From positions 1 through 45,131 of the IMG/VR virus record IMGVR_UViG_3300020131_000002: DNA of 45,131 bases. One strand, 5' to 3'. Source of the stretch: a virus (Duplodnaviria > Caudoviricetes). Positions 27,820-36,373 of the stretch are shown piece by piece. Under the pieces are notes generated by a model. It worked only from the letters and a program-made list of their open reading frames with translations. It ran no database searches and was not told the DNA's origin. Each line of letters starts with the position of its first letter. Position 1 is the stretch's first letter. The position numbers and the translations under genes were made by a program.

Positions 27820-27933
27820 TTGATTTTGGTTCCTGATAAAATGTTACGGTTAAAGTAAAGTCCCGCTTACCGGATGCGGGGACAGCAGAGCGAAACGAGG
27901 GGAAACGCTCTCTGCCGGCTAACAGCACAGCCT

Positions 27934-28146
27934 CTACTCTGTGCTGGAATCTGCTTTCAATTTCATTTCTTTTAAGCGCTTGAGAAAAAACCTAGAACCA
28001 CCCTCAACACTTACAAAGCCGGGCACTTGCGCTTTTGTCTCAGCGTTTAAAACGTGTCGGGCAGCGTTCGCATCTAGACCTTTAATACGTGCAGCAAGGT
28101 CTGGGCGGTTTTCCGCAATCCACGCCTGAAGGTCGGCAAGGGCACT
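27934..28146 (-). CDS. Hypothetical protein
   Basis: Short ORF coupled to the AAA ATPase stop codon. Confidence 0.5.
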   Translation of the reverse strand, partial: SALADLQAWIAENRPDLAARIKGLDANAARHVLNAETKAQVPGFVSVEGGSRFFLKRLKEMKLKADSSTE

Positions 28147-29027
28147 CATCCTAGTAAACCGGTGCCGGGGGTTGGGCTAGCCTCTCCCGCCCGCTCCCCA
28201 TTTCTGGTAACTGCGGCCTCGGCGTTACGCTTCTTCCAGGCAGTGATAATGGGAGCGAAGTTCGGGGGAAGGTTGTCGGCTAGCGGAATGTTGCGGGCCT
28301 TCAAGTCCATGTTGTGTGTCATGGTAGACCAAGTGAACTTGTCGCCTTCCCGCTTGACGTTTACCACGTCGGAGAAGAAGCGAGGTAGGCGGGGGGCGAG
28401 CTTCTTGCCGAGGGTGCTGGCCATGATAGTCGTCCCGCCGGTGACCTCGTCAGTCTCCCGCTCTTGGTGGGCGGTGAGAACGACAGGGCACGGCACGTCC
28501 ACGCAGAGCTTGGTTAGAAGGCGCTCGAGGTTGTCCATTGCCATACCCCAGTCAGCCATAGACTTGACCGGCTTACTCCCGGTGACAAGGTTCATGGCCA
28601 GGATGTTGAGGCCGGAGAGGGAGTCGATGAAGAGCGCGCGGTTAGCGCCGAACTTATCCACTGGCCCGTAGGCTACGCCGGTACGCTGATCGACGAAGTT
28701 GCCGAGCCCCCGGACGAGGTCAAGGAAGCCTGTGTACTTGCGCTTGTTAATGTCCTCCATGCCGGAGATGAGTTTAAGCGACATTTGGTTGATCTTCGTG
28801 GCGCTGTCCAGCATGTCGGCCCAATCAGGGCTGGCCGGGGGGATGTAGTGCCATTTGAGTTTTTCCGGGGGGATGTCGGCAACTACCTCCATACCGGGTT
28901 CGGTGAATAAGGCGAAGACTTCCAACCCCTGGTCAACGAGGGTGCGGAGGCTGTGAGTTTTGCCGGTGCCAGTCCCGCCGACGAGAAGCGTCTTAGGGCC
29001 GGGGATGTAAATGGTGTTATCTTCCAT
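28146..29027 (-). CDS. AAA ATPase, Sak4/RecA-like phage nucleotide-binding protein
   Basis: GGTGTGKT Walker A and LFIDSLS Walker B; lies between the exonuclease and SSB genes. Confidence 0.8.
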   Translation of the reverse strand: MEDNTIYIPGPKTLLVGGTGTGKTHSLRTLVDQGLEVFALFTEPGMEVVADIPPEKLKWHYIPPASPDWADMLDSATKINQMSLKLISGMEDINKRKYTGFLDLVRGLGNFVDQRTGVAYGPVDKFGANRALFIDSLSGLNILAMNLVTGSKPVKSMADWGMAMDNLERLLTKLCVDVPCPVVLTAHQERETDEVTGGTTIMASTLGKKLAPRLPRFFSDVVNVKREGDKFTWSTMTHNMDLKARNIPLADNLPPNFAPIITAWKKRNAEAAVTRNGERAGEASPTPGTGLLG

Positions 29028-29320
29028 TAGTCTTCCTTGTGGGTGAGTTGGAGGTGTGCCGAAATAAGGTCGTCGATTTTATCGAGCTCCTGTTGGGCCT
29101 TTGCTTGAACGTCTTTCTTCATTTCCCGGAGTCCGGCAATAAAGGCGAGGGTAAGTGCAGTTTCATCGGGGACAGTTACTTCTACTTCCCGCGTTTCGAC
29201 GAGAATAAAGTTTTTACTGTCGATGAGGTAGGGATAAGCCGTTATGGTGAAGAGGTCTTCAGGACTAGCAAGTTCGCTTTTAAAAGCGTAAATGTGTAGA
29301 GTAAGTTTTTCGGTTCTCAT
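29027..29320 (-). CDS. Hypothetical protein
   Basis: 97-aa ORF downstream of the promoter at 29406. Confidence 0.6.
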   Translation of the reverse strand: MRTEKLTLHIYAFKSELASPEDLFTITAYPYLIDSKNFILVETREVEVTVPDETALTLAFIAGLREMKKDVQAKAQQELDKIDDLISAHLQLTHKED

Positions 29321-29357
29321 GGTAGGGTTCCTGGTGGTTAGGGTACGGAGGTATCTA

Positions 29358-29390
29358 ATGGGGTGGTAATTAAATTAATCATGGCCCCAT
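29358..29390. promoter_or_regulatory. 33-bp palindromic motif, copy 3, overlapping a promoter -10
   Basis: ATGGGGTGGTAATTAAATTAATCATGGCCCCAT; the palindrome is extended by flanking GTATCTA/TAGATAC. Confidence 0.8.
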
Positions 29391-29406
29391 TAGATACAGG
29401 TGTCAA
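29378..29406 (-). promoter_or_regulatory. Sigma70 promoter
   Basis: TTGACA-17-CATGAT on the - strand. Confidence 0.65.
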
Positions 29407-29415
29407 GCCTCTTTT

Positions 29416-29706
29416 TTACAGCTCACAGCAGGTTAAGAGAGTGTTCAAACGCCCGTTAATTTCGAGAAGGCGGCGAACCTGGCGTTGAAGGTTGGCGCCG
29501 GCGGAGGTAGAGGTGTCGCTTTCTGGATGACGGTCTGTTTCAGCGGTCTTCGGCGCTGGGCATGTAATGGGGGCAAGCCTTATCTCTAGCCGATCGAGGA
29601 CATTTTCGAGTTCACTAATGGTCTCCTCAATATGTACCATCTGAATAGTTACTTCGCCCTTCTTCGAGGGCTCCACCATTTGGGCTGCTTTGTCGTTTGC
29701 AAACAT
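29416..29706 (-). CDS. Hypothetical coiled-coil protein
   Basis: 96-aa ORF with AGGAG RBS. Confidence 0.6.
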   Translation of the reverse strand: MFANDKAAQMVEPSKKGEVTIQMVHIEETISELENVLDRLEIRLAPITCPAPKTAETDRHPESDTSTSAGANLQRQVRRLLEINGRLNTLLTCCEL

Positions 29707-29708
29707 TT

Positions 29709-30065
29709 TTATTCTCCTAAAAGATTATTTCCCCTGTGCTTACACCACCACAGGAATTCAAGTAAAAGCACTTCCACCGAGGCATCGCTGATATCAGGGA
29801 GAATGTGCGCGGGGTTTGACCACAAAAAGCTGTGGTCGTTACGTTCTCCTGCGTGCTTAAGGCAGGGGATAGTGACTTGGCGCCAGTAGTCGAGCCCGGT
29901 GTTGTGGACGGCCCGGAGCCAGATGTCGCCACAGTAGGGGCAGAAGCCAGCGATGCTTCCGTTCTGTATCGCCGGCCTGTCCCCGTTCGTACTGAAGTGC
30001 TGCTGCGTGAGGGAGCCAACGTAGTCCCCCTCGCAGAACACACTTACTTTTGCCACCTGGCCCAT
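29709..30065 (-). CDS. Hypothetical Zn-binding protein
   Basis: FCPYCGDIW...CLKH; start adjacent to the exonuclease stop. Confidence 0.55.
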   Translation of the reverse strand: MGQVAKVSVFCEGDYVGSLTQQHFSTNGDRPAIQNGSIAGFCPYCGDIWLRAVHNTGLDYWRQVTIPCLKHAGERNDHSFLWSNPAHILPDISDASVEVLLLEFLWWCKHRGNNLLGE

Positions 30066-30067
30066 TG

Positions 30068-31048
30068 CTAGTGATCGAAGCCGGCAAGGGGTGACCACTC
30101 GTTATGGCGGAAGCCTACGGCTGCCCACTCAAGCGGGGTGGGCGACATGCAAAGGCGCTTGTAGGTGCAGTTGCCGTAGCTGGTACAGGCCCCGCCGAGG
30201 GCGAAGTCGTAACTGCTCCCGTCGCCGTGGTCGGCTTGCCACAGGGCTATCATCATTTTGAGGTCGCGGTGGAGTTGGTTCCACCACCGCTCTATCTGCC
30301 ACTCAGGGCGGTAGATAATAGCTTGCTGGTGAGAAATCTTAGTCTTAAGTAAGCCAACTCCACGGATAATTGCACCTGCGACTGGATATCCGAAGTGTCG
30401 AGCGGCCATGCAATATCCGGTAAATTGGGAATTAAGGTCCCATTGACTATTCCAAGATTGACCAAGCTGCGAGGAAGTTTTTTCATCGACGACCCAGAGC
30501 TGGTCAGCATCCTGTCCCAACATATCGAATCGACCCGCATAGAGTATCGGATTGCCCGTTGTGGGGTGAAGAACATTGGTGGGGATTGCAAAAGAAAACT
30601 CGATTCCCCGCTTTCCATCAGCAGTGGTAATTGGAACAAGGGAGCTGTGGTCGAGGGAATATTCGAAGAAGTAGTCCTCGAAGGCTCGGAGCATATTAGC
30701 GCAACTCTTGGCGTGGTCGAGGTAGCCATGTTCCTCATCGAAGTTTCCATATGAGGTGATAAGCTGCTGGTGACCGCTAGCGATAGCTTCTGTCGAAGAT
30801 TTACCGTTTTCATAAAACTCCCTTCGAGTGACTTCGAGAGCTTTGGCAAAAGCCTTGCCCGCGTGCAGGTGGATGTTGGGGACATCGACAGTTATCTTTG
30901 CCACAGCCTGCCAGTAGTGCTTTTGGTGGCAGAGGGTAAAGCCCTCGCGGTAGGTGTTGTCAATTACCTCGGGGAAGGGAGCCTTACCGCCGGCTCGGAT
31001 GATGTCGATGTTAGTGGTGGTAACGGGAGTTCCGGTTGTGGTTTCCAT
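30068..31048 (-). CDS. PD-(D/E)XK exonuclease (Cas4/RecB-like)
   Basis: CHQKHYW, GKAF, YAGRFD, VVDEKT, QFTGY; C-terminal C...C...C cluster. Confidence 0.8.
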   Translation of the reverse strand: METTTGTPVTTTNIDIIRAGGKAPFPEVIDNTYREGFTLCHQKHYWQAVAKITVDVPNIHLHAGKAFAKALEVTRREFYENGKSSTEAIASGHQQLITSYGNFDEEHGYLDHAKSCANMLRAFEDYFFEYSLDHSSLVPITTADGKRGIEFSFAIPTNVLHPTTGNPILYAGRFDMLGQDADQLWVVDEKTSSQLGQSWNSQWDLNSQFTGYCMAARHFGYPVAGAIIRGVGLLKTKISHQQAIIYRPEWQIERWWNQLHRDLKMMIALWQADHGDGSSYDFALGGACTSYGNCTYKRLCMSPTPLEWAAVGFRHNEWSPLAGFDH

Positions 31049-31209
31049 TAGAAAATGTCCAGTTCGTTGTCGTGTACCAGTATGACAAGGGTTGAGGGGG
31101 TATCAACTGTACCTATAATGTCGATGCTCCCCACCTCCGGGTCGAAGTCGGGGCCGTTGAGGGCCTCGATCTTCTGGTCAACTGTCTTTTTAAACTCACT
31201 CCATTTCAT
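31048..31209 (-). CDS. Small hypothetical protein (53 aa, MKWSEFKKTVDQKIE...), below the ORF-track cutoff
   Basis: Read by hand: GGAGG RBS, TAATG overlap with the exonuclease start, fills the gap exactly. Confidence 0.65.
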   Translation of the reverse strand: MKWSEFKKTVDQKIEALNGPDFDPEVGSIDIIGTVDTPSTLVILVHDNELDIF

Positions 31210-31211
31210 GT

Positions 31212-31400
31212 TTATTCCTCCTTGAGGATGAAAAAGTACAGCTTAACCACAGGACAATATACTACATCCCGATAGGCGGCGAACTCAGCCGGTGTAAGCT
31301 GGAGTACCCGTCCCTCAATAAGCCCGGACTGTAGCAGCTTCTTCTTAAGAGACTCTTGGTCGGCGCGGGTGTACCGAGGCTTGCGAGAGAAGATATTCAT
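31212..31400 (-). CDS. Hypothetical protein
   Basis: ATGA-coupled ORF. Confidence 0.5.
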   Translation of the reverse strand: MNIFSRKPRYTRADQESLKKKLLQSGLIEGRVLQLTPAEFAAYRDVVYCPVVKLYFFILKEE

Positions 31401-31651
31401 ATACCGAGCCCTCCGAGTATGTCGTCTAGTTCGGCTACAGCAGCCTCCCCCGTCGCTTTCTTCTTCGAGGGTTTGGCTGCCTTTGCCGCCATCGCGCTTG
31501 CACGGCCTTGCCGGATGGCACGAATGCCAGCGGCAAGTTCTTCCGTGCTGGGGGTGTCCCCGGCGAGAACCCGCTTACGCAGGTCGTTTAATTGCTCAAC
31601 CCCCAGTATTGGTTGTTGGGGGAGTGTCACTGGTGTCGTTTGGTCCGTCAT
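31397..31651 (-). CDS. Hypothetical protein
   Basis: 84-aa ORF in the operon. Confidence 0.55.
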   Translation of the reverse strand: MTDQTTPVTLPQQPILGVEQLNDLRKRVLAGDTPSTEELAAGIRAIRQGRASAMAAKAAKPSKKKATGEAAVAELDDILGGLGI

Positions 31652-32105
31652 TACTTAACATCCTTTCAATTTGTTCCAGGCTCATCGGGGAGTTTAAAAG
31701 CAGCTCAAAGTCCCTGCGCTCCTTTGACCCTTCTGGATAGCTGGCGAGGATTTGTTCCTGCATCTGCCGACGAGTGTTTTGTTTTTGCATATTAAGAATG
31801 TGGCGTTCGAATCGCTTTTCCACTTCCAGTATCCCGGCGTAACGGGTGAGGTCAACCTTGCCCACAAGCCACTTGTAAGTGAATGGGGCGTTAGTGTCGA
31901 TTTCGGCAGTTTCGTCAACGGTGGAAACTCGGCCGATGGTGTAGCCCCAATCCCCAAAAGAGGAAGGGATAATGACGAGGTCGCCCGGGATGATGTTGTC
32001 AGCTTTGAGGGCTTTAAAGGTGTAGATGTTTCCGCCCTCTTTATAGGCTACTCCTACGGTGGTGTAGTCGTTTTGGATAAGTGATAAAATGTGTGAAGCT
32101 TTCAT
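31596..32105 (-). CDS. Hypothetical protein (SH3-like N-terminus, YTFK...PGDLVII)
   Basis: 169 aa with AAGGAG RBS, downstream of the promoter at 32202. Confidence 0.65.
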   Translation of the reverse strand: MKASHILSLIQNDYTTVGVAYKEGGNIYTFKALKADNIIPGDLVIIPSSFGDWGYTIGRVSTVDETAEIDTNAPFTYKWLVGKVDLTRYAGILEVEKRFERHILNMQKQNTRRQMQEQILASYPEGSKERRDFELLLNSPMSLEQIERMLSNDGPNDTSDTPPTTNTGG

Positions 32106-32136
32106 GGTGTTGCTCCTTGTGTAGAGGTTAATGTTG

Positions 32137-32169
32137 ATGGGACGGTGAATAAAATAATCATCGGCCCAT
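32137..32169. promoter_or_regulatory. 33-bp palindromic motif, copy 4, over a predicted transcription start
   Basis: ATGGGACGGTGAATAAAATAATCATCGGCCCAT. Confidence 0.8.
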
Positions 32170-32173
32170 TAAT

Positions 32174-32202
32174 ATGTTATGCCCCCCGTCCCAGTTTGTC
32201 AA
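32174..32202 (-). promoter_or_regulatory. Sigma70 promoter
   Basis: TTGACA-17-TAACAT on the - strand. Confidence 0.65.
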
Positions 32203-32576
32203 GCTATAACTTCATGGCTTGGTTGTTGGCAGAATACGCCAGGGGACAACCGGCGACGCAGCCGACCAGTGCGCCAAGATGCAGCGATGGGGAAGGAATG
32301 CATGGTAGAGCTGGTGCCGAGGTACCGCCAGCGCCCGCGATCTTTGTAGAAGAGGTGCTCTTCCCTGGGGCGGTTCCACAGGTCGAGGGCCTCTTTAAGC
32401 ACGGCGTTGGCAATGGCTCCGTGCATCCGGTTGTCGCCCACGGCCAGGGGGAGGAGGGTCATGACCTGACGCTTAGCCTCGGGGGAGGCGTAGTTAAAGT
32501 CGAAGTCGAACTGGAGGAATTGTAGGAAGTCCTCGGACGTGCGCCAGTTCATTAAGGTAAGGGGTTGGATAGACAT
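32199..32576 (-). CDS. Hypothetical protein
   Basis: 125-aa ORF directly after the MazG-like gene. Confidence 0.45.
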   Translation of the reverse strand: MSIQPLTLMNWRTSEDFLQFLQFDFDFNYASPEAKRQVMTLLPLAVGDNRMHGAIANAVLKEALDLWNRPREEHLFYKDRGRWRYLGTSSTMHSFPIAASWRTGRLRRRLSPGVFCQQPSHEVIA

Positions 32577-32578
32577 GG

Positions 32579-32980
32579 CTAGTACTTCTTTCCGTTTTCA
32601 GTTGCCCGATGCGCGGCGGTGTGGTCCTCGCGGTGGCGGTTGTATTTGAGCTTCTCGATCATCACCTGAGCAATGTCGATGTTGTAAGCTTCGGCAAGGT
32701 CGAGGATGCGGATGAGGGCGTCGGCAAGTTCCACGTCCCGCATAGGGAACTGGGGAAGGTGGGTGTCGTAGAGGTTCTTCCGGTCGCCCTCAAGGCATTC
32801 GCTGATTTCGCTGTGGATTAGGGCGAGCTTGTTGCTGAAGCAGTAGGGGTTCGCGCGGATGTCTCTCCCCTTCTCGTCCGTCCACCAGCGGAGATTTAAC
32901 TGGTGGATTGTTTGGGGAATCTGGCGGAGGAACTCGTACCACGAATCGAGCTTGACATTTATATCATCAGGGGTTTTCAT
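32579..32980 (-). CDS. MazG-like nucleotide pyrophosphohydrolase
   Basis: KLALIHSEISECLEGDRK...ELADALIRILDL...EKLKYNRHR. Confidence 0.85.
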   Translation of the reverse strand: MKTPDDINVKLDSWYEFLRQIPQTIHQLNLRWWTDEKGRDIRANPYCFSNKLALIHSEISECLEGDRKNLYDTHLPQFPMRDVELADALIRILDLAEAYNIDIAQVMIEKLKYNRHREDHTAAHRATENGKKY

Positions 32981-33003
32981 TGCTTTTCCTTTCAGGTTGA
33001 GGG

Positions 33004-33210
33004 TTATTTTAAATCAGTTTCAGCTTTGCTGTAGCCTGAGTCTTCCCCAGCGTCAAAGCCCTGCTCGTAGCGGGACTGCAGGCACTTCTCGCAGGGACGT
33101 ACTACTACCTGCGGCATCCCGCGTTGGCGGGAGGAACGGGTTGTGCTTTGCAGACAGAGCCCTTCGCCGCACTCGCAGTAGACTTCGAATTCGAGGGAGA
33201 ACTCAGGCAC
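33004..33210 (-). CDS. Small Zn-ribbon protein
   Basis: CECG...CEKC. Confidence 0.5.
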   Translation of the reverse strand: MPEFSLEFEVYCECGEGLCLQSTTRSSRQRGMPQVVVRPCEKCLQSRYEQGFDAGEDSGYSKAETDLK

Positions 33211-33409
33211 CGTCGTCTACTCCGAGGGTATACTCGTCGACGGTGTAGCCGCGAGCTTTAAATCCCTCCACCCCGTCGTATGGCATGTGCTTGGCGTCCT
33301 CTACAAGATTCGTCCAAGCCTGTTCTTCGGAGTCCGCTTTAAGGTGGAAAAGGGGAGTTCCGCCCGGGGTGGAGGGGATGTACATTTTAGGAGATGGGGC
33401 GGTGGTCAT
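33203..33409 (-). CDS. Hypothetical protein
   Basis: ATGA-coupled ORF with GGAGG RBS. Confidence 0.55.
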   Translation of the reverse strand: MTTAPSPKMYIPSTPGGTPLFHLKADSEEQAWTNLVEDAKHMPYDGVEGFKARGYTVDEYTLGVDDGA

Positions 33410-33663
33410 GATTTCCTCCCCCGGCGCTTCTTCCGCCTGGTTTCAGCGCTTTTCTTACCGGCGGCCGTGGCGGAAGCAGAGTCCCAGCGGTATTTGTTAG
33501 CGCCGTTGGCAGCCCCGCCCTTCTTACCGGCAAGCTTTCCGGTTTCACTGGTGAAGCGGTGGCCGGTGCCTTTCGCCTGAGCCGCCTTACCCCCTTTCGA
33601 GGTTATCTCCCGGAGTTTCTCGGGGTCCATTGAGGCAAAGCCTCTTTTACTAGTATCGCCCAT
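33406..33663 (-). CDS. KGG-repeat stress-induced protein (YciG/GsiB-like)
   Basis: RGFASMDPEKLREITSKGGK...HRFTSETGKLAGKKGG. Confidence 0.85.
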   Translation of the reverse strand: MGDTSKRGFASMDPEKLREITSKGGKAAQAKGTGHRFTSETGKLAGKKGGAANGANKYRWDSASATAAGKKSAETRRKKRRGRKS

Positions 33664-33853
33664 TTGCTAAGTCCTTGTTAGAGAGTTTGTCGAGGCCGGG
33701 GAAGCGCGCCCGTACCCAGCCGCCGAAGGAGGGGTACTGCAGCCGGAAGAATTTGTCCCACAGGTAGTGGTAGTTAGAGGCTATGCGCTGGTACCTCCCG
33801 TCAACGTGGCGGCGACCAGGGCCTTTTTTCGTGTAGCTTGGATTGCGTCTCAT
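33650..33853 (-). CDS. Small basic hypothetical protein
   Basis: MRRNPSYTKKGPGRRH...; ATGA-coupled. Confidence 0.5.
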   Translation of the reverse strand: MRRNPSYTKKGPGRRHVDGRYQRIASNYHYLWDKFFRLQYPSFGGWVRARFPGLDKLSNKDLANGRY

Positions 33854-34194
33854 GCAGTTTTCTCCTCAGTTAAGTAGTCATCAAGTAAATTGTCGATAAT
33901 GTCGGCGGTGTTATCGCCGGCAGTAACGGGTGGGCAGGCAATGCCGAGGTGCTGAGCGAGTTCTGCCGGGGCCGTGTGGATGCGGATGAGGCGGTACCGT
34001 GCGGCCTCTTTCGCTTCCGCTGCTTGCAAATTCTCTAGGGCGTACAGCAGCCGCAGCCCATTGCCGCCATAGCCGTCAGCGAGTAAGTGTTCTAGCTTTT
34101 GCGCTGATTCTTCCATACGATCAGCAGCTCGTTTGGCAGCGGCAGCAGCATCTTCTATGCGGAAGGCGATACGACGCAACATTTCTTCATCCAA
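33850..34194 (-). CDS. Hypothetical protein
   Basis: 114-aa ORF with AGGAG RBS. Confidence 0.55.
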   Translation of the reverse strand: MDEEMLRRIAFRIEDAAAAAKRAADRMEESAQKLEHLLADGYGGNGLRLLYALENLQAAEAKEAARYRLIRIHTAPAELAQHLGIACPPVTAGDNTADIIDNLLDDYLTEEKTA

Positions 34195-34672
34195 GGTCCT
34201 TCTCCTTATCTATGGCAATAGTGAGGGCTTCCGTGAAAGAATCCCTATAGTATCTACGGTTGTCGACGCGCACTACCCAGTCGCGGGTGGCGTCGTCCTG
34301 GAAGATAGAAACGGTCTCATTACTGCCGTTTTCAACATAACCGCAAAGCCCACGAAGGCCTTTTAGCAAGGCGGCATCCTTCTCTGCCGTTGCGAGTTGC
34401 TGGCGTAGATTTGCTATTACCTCATCCTTGAAATGAACAGCGCCGTCAGCTATCAACAAACGGTCTTGCCAAGAGTGCAGGGGATTTTTCCAGCTCCCGC
34501 TCAATAGCGTTTTGCTATCCGACCAATCAGGTTCTTTCTCTGCCGCTGCGAGTGCCCATGCAATGCCTTGCCGAAATGCATCAGATAACTGACTCGGCGT
34601 ACCTATATCGAGGCCATGAGCTTCCAATCCTGCACGTTCCAAATCTGTTAACGGCTTGCGATGCATACTCAT
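34187..34672 (-). CDS. Hypothetical mosaic early protein
   Basis: TGATG-coupled start (MSMHRKPL), GGAGG RBS. Confidence 0.55.
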   Translation of the reverse strand: MSMHRKPLTDLERAGLEAHGLDIGTPSQLSDAFRQGIAWALAAAEKEPDWSDSKTLLSGSWKNPLHSWQDRLLIADGAVHFKDEVIANLRQQLATAEKDAALLKGLRGLCGYVENGSNETVSIFQDDATRDWVVRVDNRRYYRDSFTEALTIAIDKEKDLG

Positions 34673-35361
34673 CACTTCCCCTCCAGTGCGCGGGAGACGG
34701 TATAAAGCCTGTCGAATAATGTTGAAAAATGGTCGGCCCAATCTGAGCCATGCTCACCTTTCATGATTGCTTCAATCTCTTCAATCAAAGCTCTAAGCTC
34801 CTCCCTGCTCATCGTGATGGTGTCGGTTGTCGGCTTGAGGGCGAGGATTGCGTTATGGGCTTCTTGCAGCCCAAGGGAATAATGCGGTACGCGTTTTCTT
34901 ATTGCGTCTACCTTAGCAGCCGCCGCCTCTATCGCTTCAGCAAATCCTTGGTCATAGGATGGGGGAGAGGTGTAGAGGATGCGCTTGCTGCCTGTATGTG
35001 CATCGTAGGTTTCTTTATCAGTATCCTCAAAAGATGCACCTATCTCGGAATCATATTTGACCTGATACACCGGCTCACCCTGCTGCTGTGCTGGCGGAGC
35101 ACAATCTGGCGGGCAATTGAACCTTTCGCATCCATCTGGGAAGCCTTCCCAATCGTGCCCATCCTCAACGTCAGGCCCGTCATCCTGCTGCTGAGGGGCG
35201 GCTGCTAACTTCTTACCTGCAAGGATTCGATTTATGTCCCTCCACTGGTCTAGCGTAATGCTGTCCTCACCTGCGCATTCATAGCCGCTGGCTGCCCTAA
35301 CCACGAAGGCGAACTTGGCGCGCTCTGTCGGCTCTACTGGCCCAACTACTGTTGTGTTCAT
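34672..35361 (-). CDS. Hypothetical mosaic early protein
   Basis: AAAPQQQ / QQQGEPV / LYTSPP linkers typical of patchwork phage early proteins; GGAGG RBS. Confidence 0.55.
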   Translation of the reverse strand: MNTTVVGPVEPTERAKFAFVVRAASGYECAGEDSITLDQWRDINRILAGKKLAAAPQQQDDGPDVEDGHDWEGFPDGCERFNCPPDCAPPAQQQGEPVYQVKYDSEIGASFEDTDKETYDAHTGSKRILYTSPPSYDQGFAEAIEAAAAKVDAIRKRVPHYSLGLQEAHNAILALKPTTDTITMSREELRALIEEIEAIMKGEHGSDWADHFSTLFDRLYTVSRALEGK

Positions 35362-35582
35362 TTTTCCTCCCGGCATTCAGGCTTAATGGTGTCAGCGTAA
35401 ACGAGGCTTTGCTTGAGTGAGCGGGCCTCGCAGGTTTCGGGAGTGGTATCCGATTCCTTCATACAGGCGTTAAAAGCGACCTCGCGGAGACAAGCATCCT
35501 GAGCGTAAATCGGGGGTTGAGTGAAAAGCTTATACATTGCAAAAAAGACAAAGCCAATAACAAGACTCGCTAAAAGTTTCAT
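35358..35582 (-). CDS. Small membrane-anchored Cys-containing protein
   Basis: N-terminal hydrophobic helix, four Cys; GGGAG RBS. Confidence 0.6.
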   Translation of the reverse strand: MKLLASLVIGFVFFAMYKLFTQPPIYAQDACLREVAFNACMKESDTTPETCEARSLKQSLVYADTIKPECREEK

Positions 35583-35707
35583 GATGTTTCTCCCTTGGTT
35601 AAAAAGTACCTACTCGGATTGGGACTCTTTCGAATCCCTCACCGGCTAGACACTTCACAGAGTCGCGATTCTCTCCATGTTTAGCAACTGCCACCCCTGC
35701 GAGGTGT

Positions 35708-36373
35708 TTATTCGCTCAGGCACTCTTCAGTGCCGTTCCTGCGGGCAATTTGGTTGTAGGCCTTGCGGAAGCTACCGCTGTCGTTACAGGCCATTTGCAC
35801 TGCCACTTCCGGGGCGCCCAGTTCTTGTGCCCAGCACATATAGTCGGGCTCATGGGAGGCCTTGGCCGCGCTGAAGAAGAAGAGGTTCCCGGAGAAGCTG
35901 CTGTGCTTGAGGCACTTGCTGGTGCCGTTAGCGCCTGCGGCAATGGAACTGCCGACGGGGTTGGCGCGAGCGTTGTAGTCGCCCTCGTTAAGGGTGAGGC
36001 TGTTGCCGCCGGAAGAGGAGCCAGCATTTGCCCCGGCTTTGGCGTTGGCATCGGATTCGCTGTTGCTCTTCCCGCCGTTACCCCCGAGGCCAACTGCCGT
36101 GGCGTCGCCGCCCGTTCCGCCCAGGCCAATGGCCGTGCTGTTGCCGCCGGTTGCGGTTGCTGCCCCGCCCATACCCACACCGACACCGATGCCGAGGGAA
36201 CTGGAGTTGGAGTTGGCGTCGCCACCTGCGCCGCCGTCACCACCGTTGCCGCCCTGCCCGCCGTGGCAGGAATTTCCGGGACAGTCATTGCTGTTGTTGT
36301 TCCCCGCTGCGTGGGCTGACGGTAGGGTGAGCACGGCGAAGAGTGCTACGATTAAGAGATTATACTTTTTCAT
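35708..36373 (-). CDS. Secreted Gly-rich protein with Cys-containing C-terminal domain
   Basis: Sec signal MKKYNLLIVALFAVLTLPSAHA; GGxGG repeats; GGAG RBS. Confidence 0.7.
   Translation of the reverse strand: MKKYNLLIVALFAVLTLPSAHAAGNNNSNDCPGNSCHGGQGGNGGDGGAGGDANSNSSSLGIGVGVGMGGAATATGGNSTAIGLGGTGGDATAVGLGGNGGKSNSESDANAKAGANAGSSSGGNSLTLNEGDYNARANPVGSSIAAGANGTSKCLKHSSFSGNLFFFSAAKASHEPDYMCWAQELGAPEVAVQMACNDSGSFRKAYNQIARRNGTEECLSE

Noticed and set aside
35600-35706. tRNA or known self-cleaving ribozyme
   Set aside because: No cloverleaf with T-arm and CCA, and no hammerhead core (CUGAUGA...GAAA) by eye. Kept only as an unclassified structured RNA.
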